Below are positions 27,820 to 36,526 of a DNA stretch of 40,244 bases, in pieces. Under the pieces are notes generated by a model. It saw nothing but the letters and a program-made list of their open reading frames with translations. It had not been told where the DNA came from and ran no database searches. The DNA lies in contig JAOPZY010000175.1 of the NCBI GenBank assembly GCA_025963875.1, positions 1 to 40,244 on the forward strand, written 5' to 3'. Position 1 is the first letter of the stretch, and every line of letters begins with the position of its first letter. Position numbers and translations under genes: made by a program. The DNA is from Actinomycetota bacterium. Lineage in GTDB: Bacteria > Actinomycetota > CADDZG01 > JAHWKV01 > JAOPZY01.

Positions 27820-27852
27820 GTAAAGGGAGACGGGGTCAAAGGAGTCGAGGAC

Positions 27853-29952
27853 TTGCTTCACCGGTGGGCAGACCGCAGCCAGAGCAGGCGCCTCGTCTCC
27901 ATCCCCACACTCATGCTGGTTACGGCAACCACTACCGTCTCGGTCGCCTTCCTCGGGACGACGGCCGCGGAGGCCTCCACCAGCCCCATGACCAGCCTCG
28001 TCGCAGCGCCGGCGAACCTCACGGTGGGACAGTCCACGCAGCTCACGGCGACGATCAGCCGGGCGCCCGCCTTCCTCGGCGACAGCGACGTGGTCGTGTC
28101 CTTCACGATCGTCTCCGGCGGGAATGCCGGGACCTCGATCCCAAACTGCGTCATCCCGGCCCTTTTGGTTCTTGCCGGAACTAGCTGCACCACGAGCTAC
28201 TCCGGCACCCAGTCCGGCACGGACACGATCCAGGCCAGCGCGGGAGCCGGCACCACGTCGGCGACGGTGACGTGGCAGGGGATCCCCTCCTCCATCGTCA
28301 TGAGCCCCGCCGTCTCCTACAACTCGACCGGCCAGACCGCCAACGTCGCTGCCACGGTGTTCGACCGCCAGGGCAAGCCCGTGCAGGGAGCGACCGTGGC
28401 CTTCACGGTGACCGGGCCCGGGGCCATCTCCGGCAGCCACCCCACCGACAACTCGGGCGTCGCCCCCTTCTCCTTCAGCTCCTCGGCCCCGGGCCAGTCC
28501 TCCATCATCGCCAGCGTGGCCGTCGGGTCGGGCTCGATCACCGGCCATGCCCTGGCCAACTGGGCGGGACCCCCGAGCCAGGTGACCCTGAGCCTGTTCG
28601 GAGCCACCCAGTCTGCGGGCGGGCGGGCCCCTCTCAATGGAAATGCCACGGTCGCTGCGGCGGTCACCGACTCCGGCGGGATCCCCGTCGGGGACAACAC
28701 CGCGGTCAACTTCACCGTCACGGGCGCCGGCAGCTCCACCGGGAGCGCGCCAACCTCCGAGGGCAAGGCCGTGTTCTCCTTCGGGTCGGCGGTCACGGGC
28801 ACATCGGTCGTCACCGCCTCGGCCCCCCCGGCCCCGACCTCCAACTCCGTGACCGTCACCTGGGAGACCCCGGTGGCCAAGACCGTCACGCTGGCTCCGA
28901 AACAGACGCGTGCGGCGGTGGGGACGAACCACATTGTCGTCGCCACCGTGACCGACCAGTTCGGGCAACCCTTCCCCGGCGCCCTGGTGCGATTCATCCT
29001 CCTGGGAGCCAACGCCGCCAAGACAACGTCGTCGTTCACCACGCTGGCCGATGGGAGGGCGGCCTTCCTCGACCGGGGGCAGAACGTCGGTATCGATACG
29101 GTCATAGCTTTTGTCGATCTCCAGAACAGCGGCACTCCCGACCCGGGGGACCCCGCCGATACCGCGAACATCTTCTGGCAGCAGCAACCGGGGCAGGGGT
29201 ACTGGCTGGCGGCGTCGGACGGGGGCATCTTCAATTACGGGCCTTCCACGTCGTTCGAAGGATCGACGGGGTCGATCCGGCTCAACCAGCCGATCGTCGG
29301 GATGGCGCGCACCCCGACGGGCTTGGGGTACTGGCTCGTGGCGTCGGACGGGGGCATCTTCGCCTTCGGCGATGCGGTCTTCCGGGGCTCGACCGGGTCG
29401 ACCCGCCTGAACAAACCCATCGTCGGGATGGCGGCGACGCCCGACGGGGGCGGCTACTGGCTGGTGGCGTCGGACGGCGGCATCTTCGCCTTCGGCAACG
29501 CCGCCTTCCAGGGGTCGACTGGGTCGATGCATCTCAACCAGCCGATCGTCGGGATGGCGTCGTCCCCCGACGGCGGTGGCTACTGGCTGGTCGCCACCGA
29601 CGGCGGGGTCTTCGCCTTCGGCAACGCCGCGTTTCAGGGGTCGACCGGGTCGACCCGCCTGAACAAACCCATCGTCGGGATGGCGGCGACCTCGAGCGGG
29701 GCCGGATACTGGATGGCGGCGTCGGATGGGGGCATCTTCAACTTCGGGGATGCCGCCTTCTTCGGCTCCGCAGGTTCGATCAGGCTCAACCAGCCGGTGG
29801 TCGCCATCGGGGCGATCCCCGACGGCAGCGGCTACTACCTGGCAGCATCCGATGGCGGGGTCTTCAGCTTCCCCGCCTCGGCCACCAACTTCGGCTCCGC
29901 CGCGGGGGCCCCGCTGAACAAGCCGGTGGTCGCCGTGGCGATCGCTCCCTGA
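27853..29952 (+). CDS. Secreted/surface protein: signal peptide, about four Ig-like (invasin/Big_1-type) domains, six GYWLVASDGG repeats
   Basis: Hydrophobic N-terminus ending AEA; repeated 'ATV.D..G.PV.G..V.F.V.G' and 'VTW' Ig motifs; six C-terminal repeats of about 42 aa; TTG start at 27853 after GGAG/GAGG (start uncertain). Confidence 0.8.
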   Translation: MLHRWADRSQSRRLVSIPTLMLVTATTTVSVAFLGTTAAEASTSPMTSLVAAPANLTVGQSTQLTATISRAPAFLGDSDVVVSFTIVSGGNAGTSIPNCVIPALLVLAGTSCTTSYSGTQSGTDTIQASAGAGTTSATVTWQGIPSSIVMSPAVSYNSTGQTANVAATVFDRQGKPVQGATVAFTVTGPGAISGSHPTDNSGVAPFSFSSSAPGQSSIIASVAVGSGSITGHALANWAGPPSQVTLSLFGATQSAGGRAPLNGNATVAAAVTDSGGIPVGDNTAVNFTVTGAGSSTGSAPTSEGKAVFSFGSAVTGTSVVTASAPPAPTSNSVTVTWETPVAKTVTLAPKQTRAAVGTNHIVVATVTDQFGQPFPGALVRFILLGANAAKTTSSFTTLADGRAAFLDRGQNVGIDTVIAFVDLQNSGTPDPGDPADTANIFWQQQPGQGYWLAASDGGIFNYGPSTSFEGSTGSIRLNQPIVGMARTPTGLGYWLVASDGGIFAFGDAVFRGSTGSTRLNKPIVGMAATPDGGGYWLVASDGGIFAFGNAAFQGSTGSMHLNQPIVGMASSPDGGGYWLVATDGGVFAFGNAAFQGSTGSTRLNKPIVGMAATSSGAGYWMAASDGGIFNFGDAAFFGSAGSIRLNQPVVAIGAIPDGSGYYLAASDGGVFSFPASATNFGSAAGAPLNKPVVAVAIAP
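29197..29949 (+). repeat. Six tandem coding repeats of about 126 nt (GYWLVASDGGIFxFGxAxFxGSTG..LNxPIVGMA)
   Basis: Directly visible in both protein and DNA. Confidence 0.9.
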
Positions 29953-29964
29953 AAGGTCTCGGCC

Positions 29965-30198
29965 ATGGCAAAGCGTGAGGATCCCCCCGGCGAGCGGGTC
30001 GTGCTCGGGCGCAAGACCCCGGACGGCATGGTCCGGTTCCAATGGACGGGGGTCGAGCCGGAGGGCCTCGACAGCACGGATTTCGCGCTCTCGTGTGGCG
30101 CGGTCTGGGAGGGGGACGAGCTGGTCACCCACAACCTCCTGGCCTTCGAGCACAACATCCGCCACTCGATCGACGGGTTCCTCGAGGACTCGGACTGA
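29965..30198 (+). CDS. Hypothetical protein (77 aa)
   Basis: ATG 12 nt after the upstream stop; GC3-rich codons; no recognised motif. Confidence 0.6.
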   Translation: MAKREDPPGERVVLGRKTPDGMVRFQWTGVEPEGLDSTDFALSCGAVWEGDELVTHNLLAFEHNIRHSIDGFLEDSD

Positions 30199-30779
30199 GC
30201 GCCGGGGAGGACCAGCCGCCGGTCCCGCCCCCTGTCCCGCCCGGCAGCGGGGAGACGATAATCCGGCGTGGCGGCCTTCCGCGGCCGCCGCCTCCCGAGC
30301 CGCCGCGGCCCCCGCAACCACCCGGCTGGCGGCGATGGCGTACCGGGATGCTGGCGATCGGCGCCGTCGCCATCATTGCGGCTGTCATCACCGTCGTGGT
30401 CGTTGGCGGCGGGAAGCCCGGCCCCAAGCCCACGCCCGGCCCCCCGCCATCCCCGGTGGCCTCCGCCGGCGGCCCGACCGGGTTCCGGGCGGAGGACCAC
30501 GGAAGCACCGTGGACCTGTTCTGGAACGACAACTCCGGAGGGGCGGCGAGCTACTTCATCGTGTACCGCAGCGTCGACGGCCCGCAGCAGACCGTCTCCG
30601 TCCCGCAAGGCAGGACCATGGAGGAGGTGACGCAACTCGATCCCACGAAGGGGTACTGCTTCCGCCTCGGGGCGGTCATCCCGCAGGGCTCGGGGACCAC
30701 GACCGCCTCCGCGGACACGAGCGTGCGCGGCTGCATCGCCGCCAGCCCCGGCACGACCCCTTCCAGCACTGCGACGTAG
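30195..30779 (+). CDS. Pro-rich single-pass membrane protein with an extracellular fibronectin type III-like domain
   Basis: Pro-rich N-terminus, TM (MLAIGAVAIIAAVITVVVVGG), PTGFRAEDHGSTVDLFW...Y.IVYR...LDPTKGYCFRLGAV FN3 pattern; start uncertain (CTG at 30195 overlaps the upstream TGA). Confidence 0.65.
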   Translation: MSAGEDQPPVPPPVPPGSGETIIRRGGLPRPPPPEPPRPPQPPGWRRWRTGMLAIGAVAIIAAVITVVVVGGGKPGPKPTPGPPPSPVASAGGPTGFRAEDHGSTVDLFWNDNSGGAASYFIVYRSVDGPQQTVSVPQGRTMEEVTQLDPTKGYCFRLGAVIPQGSGTTTASADTSVRGCIAASPGTTPSSTAT

Positions 30780-30822
30780 GTCCCGGGGAAGCCGGCGGGC
30801 GGCGGCTGGGGGAGATCTCCAG

Positions 30823-30853
30823 TCTTGAGTCCTTCAAGAAGTGCGGCTAAGCT
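30823..30853 (+). promoter_or_regulatory. Promoter of the T7SS-like operon with an inverted repeat over the -35
   Basis: TTGAGT-17 nt-TAAGCT; TCTTGA-N5-TCAAGA at 30823-30839. Confidence 0.55.
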
Positions 30854-30919
30854 GCTTGTCTTGACCGTCTAATCTGGAGGTCTGGCAGGCCGAACCACCG
30901 CCCCAACAAGGAGGTCCCC

Positions 30920-31507
30920 GTGACAGTCATCCGCGTGAACCCCGACAGTGTCCGCCAGTACGCCGGCGCCGCCCAGCAGCAGTTCGACACCATCCGTGTC
31001 GAGCTCCAGGGCCTGGTGAACGACGCGACCACCGTCCGGTACTTCGGGCCCAACTCCGTCGACTTCAAGACCCACTGCGGCCAGATGGCGTCCGACTTCG
31101 GCCGTCGCCTCGCCCAGGATCTCGGCCAGATCGCCGACGCCGTGCGATCCTCGACGACCGCGATCGCCACGTCGCTCGGCGGCGCCCCCATCTCGATGTC
31201 CGTCAACGGCGCGCCGATCCCGCTGCCCACGGTTCCCGCCGGCGACGGTTCGGTGGAGATCGACACGTCCGGACTCGAGGGCCTCAAGCCCGTCGTCGGC
31301 CGCCACATCGACGCCATCACCGCCCAGATCGACGCACACCTCCGCAACCTGCAGAACACCGACTGGCAGGGCCAGGCCAAGGAGACCGCCGTCACCGCAG
31401 TTTCCGGATTCAGCAACGCTGCCAAGAACCTCGCCAGCGACGCACGGACCTCGATCACGTCGTACATCGACAGGCAGATCAACCTCGTGCTCGCCGGGGA
31501 CCGCTGA
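30920..31507 (+). CDS. Tandem double WXG100-like protein (T7SS substrate)
   Basis: Two helical halves of about 90 aa: IRVNPDSV...YFG and VEIDTSGL...DWQGQA, joined by a Pro/Gly linker; AAGGAGG RBS; first gene before an FtsK ATPase. Confidence 0.72.
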   Translation: MTVIRVNPDSVRQYAGAAQQQFDTIRVELQGLVNDATTVRYFGPNSVDFKTHCGQMASDFGRRLAQDLGQIADAVRSSTTAIATSLGGAPISMSVNGAPIPLPTVPAGDGSVEIDTSGLEGLKPVVGRHIDAITAQIDAHLRNLQNTDWQGQAKETAVTAVSGFSNAAKNLASDARTSITSYIDRQINLVLAGDR

Positions 31508-31543
31508 GACGCGGCGTTCGCTCATGGCGGGACCGAGGTAGGC

Positions 31544-34500
31544 GTGGAGCTTCTCGTACGCCTCCGCGCTGAGGGGGCGGAGCACGACCTGCGCATCGAT
31601 GCAGACCCTCAGGTGCGCGTCGATGCGCTGGCCCGCGACCTCGCCGCCCGCTACTCCCGACTCGCACCCGGCGGCCCTCCGCCCGGGCTCTACCGCGGCG
31701 CCACAGGCGAGCGATTGAATCCGGCGGCCTCCCTCGGAGCCGCCGGGCTGCTGTCCGGCGACCTGCTGGTGGGGGGCATGCCGCCCGAGCCCCCGGCCTC
31801 GTCGCCCCCCAGCGGCAGCGACGGGATCTGCCTCGACATCGTCGCCGGGCCGGAGGCAGGCCGCAGCGTCGTCCTGTCGCCGAGGCGGTATCTCGTGGGC
31901 CGGGCCGACGAGGGCGACATCACCATCGCCGACCCGACCGTGTCCCGGCGCCAGCTCACCATCGAGGTCCGGCGGGGGGCGCCTCCGGTCATCACGCCGG
32001 AGCCCGACGTCGCGAACCCGCTGCTGCTCGACGCGGTCCCCCAGACGGCGCAGTTCGAACTCGGCGACGACTCGGTCATCCAGGCGGGGGCCACGGCGTT
32101 TGTGATGCGCCGGTTCACGCGCTCCGTCGAGGAGCCGCGGGACCGCCTGGGCCAGGTGCCGTTCCACCGGACGCCCTACCGCCCCTCCCTGATCACCACG
32201 CGGACCTTCGAGCCGCTCGGCGACATCCCGAAGATGCCGGACCGGCGCCGCTTTGCCCTGCTCACCGCGGTCGCGCCGCTCGGTGGCGGGCTCCTGATGT
32301 ACGCCTTCTCTCGCCAGCCACAGTTTCTCGCCCTCACGGCGCTCACCCCGGTCACCGTGGTCGCGAACTGGTTCGAGGACCGCCGATCGGGCAAGGGGAA
32401 ATACCAGAGCGACGCCAAGCACTTCCGCGAATTGGTGGCCGAGCGGCGCCGGGAGGTGGACGCTGCCCTCCAGGCCGAGCGGGTCGAGCGGATGCGTGCG
32501 GCCCCGGACGTGGCGGACCTCGCCCGGCGTGCGGAGTTCCGGACCATCGACCTCTGGCCCCGCGGCCGCGAGGCGGAGGACTTCATGGCGCTGCGGGCCG
32601 GCATCGGCAACGTGGCCTCCAAGGTCAGCGCCCCCATCGGCGCCCAGGGCGAGAAGGACCTCCGGGACGAGGCGGCCAGGACCCTGGCCGGGCACGAGGA
32701 GCTGCGTGCCGTGCCCGTGGTCGCCGACCTGGCCAAGCTGGGCACGCTCGCCCTCCACGGCGAAGACCCGCTCGTGGAGCGGGTGGCGGCGTCGCTCATC
32801 ATCCAGGCGGCCACCCTGCACAGCCCGGAGGACCTGGTGATGCTGGGCGGCCTGTCGCCGTCACGCCAGCTCACCGACCAACTGAAGTGGGTGCCCCACA
32901 CGAGGACCCTCAACTCCCCCGTCGCCGGGCCGCACGTCGTCAGCGACCCGGAGGGCGTCCAGGCGCTCTGCACCGAGCTCGTGGCCGTGGCCGGTCGCCG
33001 CACCGCCGGCGCCCAGCGCGACATCGACCGGCGGTGGCCGTGGCTGCTCGTCGTCCTCGACGCATCGCTCGAGCCCGACCCCGCCCTGGTGGCCCAGATC
33101 CTCGACCGGTGCCCGTCCGCGGGGATCTCGGTCCTGTGGCTCGGCCGCTCGGTCAGGGTCCCCCGCCAGGCGCAGGCGGTGATCAACTGCATCGCGAGCG
33201 ACATCGGGCCATCCGAGCTGTGGTTCCGGGACCCGGCGATGCCATCCATGCGCCTCGAAGTCGAGCCGGTGCAGCCGTCGGTGACGGACCGGGCGATGCG
33301 GGCGCTGGCGCCGCTGCGGGATGCCAGCGCGGCGCATGCCACCAGCGCCATCCCGCGAACGGTCCCCCTGTTCGCCGCCCTGGGCCTCGACGACGCAGCT
33401 GCCGCGCCGGAGTCGCTGGCCCAGCGCCTCGTGGAGCGCTGGTTGGTGGACCGCGGCTACTCGCTGCAGGCACCCCTCGGCATCACGGCCGACGGCATCA
33501 TGCAGCTCGACCTCGTCAACGACGGTCCGCACGCACTCATCGGCGGGACCAGCGGGTCGGGCAAGAGCGAGCTCCTGGTGGCGCTGGTCGCCGGGCTCGT
33601 CGCCAACTTCTCCCCCACCCGGCTCAACCTCCTGTTCGTCGACTACAAGGGGGGCGCCGCCAGCGCTGCCTTCAAGGACGCCCCGCACACCGTCGGCTAC
33701 GTGACCAACCTGAACGGCGACCTCGCCACCCGGGCGCTGGTGTCGTTGCGAGCGGAGCTGAACCGCCGGATGCAGCTCCTCGAGGGCAGGGCGAAGGACC
33801 TGGAGGAGATGCTCGCCGAGCACCCGGAGGAGACGCCTCCGAGCCTCGTGATCGTGGTGGACGAGTTCGCCACGCTGGTGAAGGAGGTGCCGGACTTCGT
33901 GCCGGGCATCGTCGACATCGCCCAGCGGGGGCGCAGCCTCGGCATCCACCTCATCCTCGCCACGCAGCGGCCGTCCGGGTCGGTCAACGACAACATCCTC
34001 GCCAACACCAACGCCCGCATCTCGCTCAGGATGCTCGACGCTGCGGAGTCCAACTCGATCATCGGCCGTCCCGACGCCGCCACGATCCCCGTCCCGCTGC
34101 GGGGCCGGGCCTTCGCCCGGCTCGGGCCCGGCGAGCTCGTCGCCTTCCAGTCCGCCTACGGCGGCACGCCACTCGAAGCGGAACAGACGCTGCACCTGCA
34201 CATCGACGACTTCGTGGTCGGAGGAGCGGGCGGCGCCGGTGGCCAGAAACGTAGCCGGAGCCCCTCGGGGGCGGGCCGCGCCGGCCCAGCGGGACCGACC
34301 CAGCTCGAAGCGCTGCTCGACGGGGTGGCTGCGGCGTTCGACCATCTCTCGTTGCCGAGGCCCAAACCACCCTGGCTCAACGAGCTGCCGGTTTCCGTGG
34401 GACTCGCCGATGTCCTCACCGGCGTCGAGCCGGGCGGCAGCGGCATGGCCGTCACCTTCGGAATGTACGACAACCCCGTGCGCTCCGAACAGGGGACGGC

Positions 34501-35995
34501 GGTGGTGGACCTCGAGGACGGCGGCGGGCTGCTCGTCTTCGGCTCCGGAGGGTCCGGCAAGACGACGGTGCTGCGGACGCTGGCGGCCTCTGCTGTCCAG
34601 ACCGCCGGGCCGGCGGGAGTCACCATCTTCGCCATCGACTTCGCCTCACGCTCCCTCCGGACGCTCGAAGCGCTCGACCAGACGGCGGTGGTGGCGCCGG
34701 GCGACGACCTCGAGTCGGTGACGCGCGTGATCAGCATCCTGGAGACCGAGACCCGGCGGCGGCGGGCGCTCCTCGGCGGGGCCGAGACGCTGTCGGCCCA
34801 CATCGCCGACGGCGGCACCCCGCTCCCGCGGGTGCTGCTGCTCGTGGACGGCTACACCGCCATGCGGGACACCTTCCAGGGCGAGGGCACCTCCGCCGCG
34901 ATGCAGGGGTACCTCGACCGCTTCCACCGCGTCGTCACCGAAGGCCGCCAGGTCGGCATCCACACCGTGATCACCGCGGACCGGGCAGGGGCGGTCCCGC
35001 CCGTCCTGTACTCGTCGGTGGCCCGCCGCCTGATCCTGCGGCAGGTGGACGAGCGGGGGCTCACGGAACTCGGCGTGCCGCCGGCCCGCGCCAGGGGCCT
35101 GGAACTCGGCCCGGGCCGGGGCCTGCTCGACGCCGAGTTGCTCGTCCAGGTCGCCCACACCGGCAGGGACGGCGACGACGGCGCCGCGCAGGCGGCGGGG
35201 CTGCGGGCAATCGGGTTGTCGGCCCGCGGCAGCGTGCCCCCCGAGCTCGCGGCACGGCCACTGCTGGAGCAGGAGCCGCTGGCCCGACCGCCGGCGAACC
35301 GGCCGATGACGGCCGTGTTGGGGGTGGCCGACGTGACCCACGACCCGGTCGCGGTGGACTTCTCCGAGGGCCATCTCCTCGTCGTCGGACAGAGCAGGTC
35401 CGGGCGGAGCACCGCACTGGCTGCCGTGCTGGCCTCGCTCGTCCAGCGGGGAGCGGACGTCTACGTCGCCGGGCTTGGCTCCTCCCCTCTCCGCCACCTG
35501 GAGCTGCCGGGGCGGACCGCCTTCGGCGACCCCAGCGAGCTGGCTTCCCAAGCGGGCGAGCTGCTCGGGGTCATCCAGACCTACCCCGAGGTCCCGAGGG
35601 TGCTGGTGATCGACGATGCCGACCGGTTGCTGGAGGACACTGCGGTCGCCGCCGCGTTCGACCCACTGGCCAGATCCGATGCCGTCAGGTTCGTCGCGAG
35701 CCTGGAGACCTCGAGCGTCGTGGCCGGGTACTTCCAGAGCATGCTGATGCAGCAGCTCAAGAAGGTGCGGCGCCGCCTGCTGCTGCAGCCGGTGGACGAT
35801 GGCGAGACGCAGACCGTGATCGGCAGCCGCTTCCCCCTGCGACCCGGTCTGGCCATGCCGCCGGGTCGCGGTGTGCTGCTGGCGGACCGGACACCCGTGA
35901 TCATCCAGGTCGGCGTCGGTGCCGCGGCGCTCCATCCCGCCGTCGCAGGGGCACCGGCCGGCGAGGCTCGGATCGGCCGACGAGTCAGGGGGTAG
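31544..35995 (+). CDS. Type VII secretion FtsK/SpoIIIE ATPase (EssC/EccC-like) with N-terminal ubiquitin-like and FHA domains
   Basis: SLGAAGLLSGDLL (YukD/EsaB-like); VGRADEGDITIADPTVSRRQ (FHA); two TM helices; Walker A GGTSGSGKS / GSGGSGKT / GQSRSGRS; VDYKGG, IVVDEF, GRSLGIHLILATQRP. Confidence 0.9.
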   Translation: MELLVRLRAEGAEHDLRIDADPQVRVDALARDLAARYSRLAPGGPPPGLYRGATGERLNPAASLGAAGLLSGDLLVGGMPPEPPASSPPSGSDGICLDIVAGPEAGRSVVLSPRRYLVGRADEGDITIADPTVSRRQLTIEVRRGAPPVITPEPDVANPLLLDAVPQTAQFELGDDSVIQAGATAFVMRRFTRSVEEPRDRLGQVPFHRTPYRPSLITTRTFEPLGDIPKMPDRRRFALLTAVAPLGGGLLMYAFSRQPQFLALTALTPVTVVANWFEDRRSGKGKYQSDAKHFRELVAERRREVDAALQAERVERMRAAPDVADLARRAEFRTIDLWPRGREAEDFMALRAGIGNVASKVSAPIGAQGEKDLRDEAARTLAGHEELRAVPVVADLAKLGTLALHGEDPLVERVAASLIIQAATLHSPEDLVMLGGLSPSRQLTDQLKWVPHTRTLNSPVAGPHVVSDPEGVQALCTELVAVAGRRTAGAQRDIDRRWPWLLVVLDASLEPDPALVAQILDRCPSAGISVLWLGRSVRVPRQAQAVINCIASDIGPSELWFRDPAMPSMRLEVEPVQPSVTDRAMRALAPLRDASAAHATSAIPRTVPLFAALGLDDAAAAPESLAQRLVERWLVDRGYSLQAPLGITADGIMQLDLVNDGPHALIGGTSGSGKSELLVALVAGLVANFSPTRLNLLFVDYKGGAASAAFKDAPHTVGYVTNLNGDLATRALVSLRAELNRRMQLLEGRAKDLEEMLAEHPEETPPSLVIVVDEFATLVKEVPDFVPGIVDIAQRGRSLGIHLILATQRPSGSVNDNILANTNARISLRMLDAAESNSIIGRPDAATIPVPLRGRAFARLGPGELVAFQSAYGGTPLEAEQTLHLHIDDFVVGGAGGAGGQKRSRSPSGAGRAGPAGPTQLEALLDGVAAAFDHLSLPRPKPPWLNELPVSVGLADVLTGVEPGGSGMAVTFGMYDNPVRSEQGTAVVDLEDGGGLLVFGSGGSGKTTVLRTLAASAVQTAGPAGVTIFAIDFASRSLRTLEALDQTAVVAPGDDLESVTRVISILETETRRRRALLGGAETLSAHIADGGTPLPRVLLLVDGYTAMRDTFQGEGTSAAMQGYLDRFHRVVTEGRQVGIHTVITADRAGAVPPVLYSSVARRLILRQVDERGLTELGVPPARARGLELGPGRGLLDAELLVQVAHTGRDGDDGAAQAAGLRAIGLSARGSVPPELAARPLLEQEPLARPPANRPMTAVLGVADVTHDPVAVDFSEGHLLVVGQSRSGRSTALAAVLASLVQRGADVYVAGLGSSPLRHLELPGRTAFGDPSELASQAGELLGVIQTYPEVPRVLVIDDADRLLEDTAVAAAFDPLARSDAVRFVASLETSSVVAGYFQSMLMQQLKKVRRRLLLQPVDDGETQTVIGSRFPLRPGLAMPPGRGVLLADRTPVIIQVGVGAAALHPAVAGAPAGEARIGRRVRG

Positions 35996-35997
35996 AC

Positions 35998-36438
35998 ATG
36001 CAGGCGAACAAGACCGACCTCAAATTCGACTACCAGGGTGCGCTGAATCTGGCCCGCCAGCTCAACAGCCTCGCCGACCAGGTCGCTCACGCTGCCACCA
36101 CCCGCCAGGGACTCGCCGATGTCGCCAAGAAGGACTTCGCCGGGGCCTTCGCCGACCAGTTCAACTCCCGGATGAGTGTCGAGCAGACCAACTTCAAGGC
36201 AGTCGGGCAGGGCCTGCGCAGCGACGCCATGGACCTCGCCACGATGTGGAAGCACGCCATGGAGGAGGAGAACCGGCGCCTGTACGCCCGCCACGTCGAC
36301 GACATGAAGAACAACCGCAGCGTCCTCGACACCATCGGGGACTGGTTCACCGGCTTCCACTACCCCCCGGAGCCGGCGGCCGTCCCGCTTCCGCAGCCAC
36401 CGGCCTTCACCCCGACGGCCCAGCTGGTGCACTACTGA
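35998..36438 (+). CDS. WXG100-like helical protein, likely secretion partner of the Rhs toxin
   Basis: DLKFDYQGALNLARQL...DFAGAFADQF (FxG at the WXG position); Pro-rich tail; 2 nt after the essC-like gene. Confidence 0.65.
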   Translation: MQANKTDLKFDYQGALNLARQLNSLADQVAHAATTRQGLADVAKKDFAGAFADQFNSRMSVEQTNFKAVGQGLRSDAMDLATMWKHAMEEENRRLYARHVDDMKNNRSVLDTIGDWFTGFHYPPEPAAVPLPQPPAFTPTAQLVHY

Positions 36439-36458
36439 TGCGGTTCGGCTCTGGCCGG

Positions 36459-36511
36459 CAGAGGTCGGGAGCGTTTCGCGCGTATACGCGCGATTCCCAC
36501 CCAACTTCGGA
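36459..36511. repeat. About 53-bp imperfect palindrome, copy 2
   Basis: Contains the perfect 18-bp palindrome TCGCGCGTATACGCGCGA (36476-36493) within GAGGTCGGG...CCCAACTTC arms. Confidence 0.65.
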
Positions 36512-36526
36512 ACGGCTGCGCTCCAG

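Noticed and set aside
27392..27850. tRNA-anchored integrative element explaining the accessory region
   Set aside because: The accessory genes lie 5' of the tRNAs; no integrase or duplicated tRNA 3' end is visible and there is no obvious GC shift
29197..29949. Regularly spaced DNA repeats as a possible CRISPR array
   Set aside because: They are in-frame protein repeats of about 126 nt with synonymous variation; there are no unique spacers or cas genes
27808..30321. 837-aa minus-strand ORF and other long antisense or alternate-frame ORFs (2187-3860, 26072-27394, 30869-32821, 36407-38335, 36922-39279, 38354-40210)
   Set aside because: All overlap well-supported genes and have Arg/Gly/Pro-rich compositions typical of GC-rich off-frame translation
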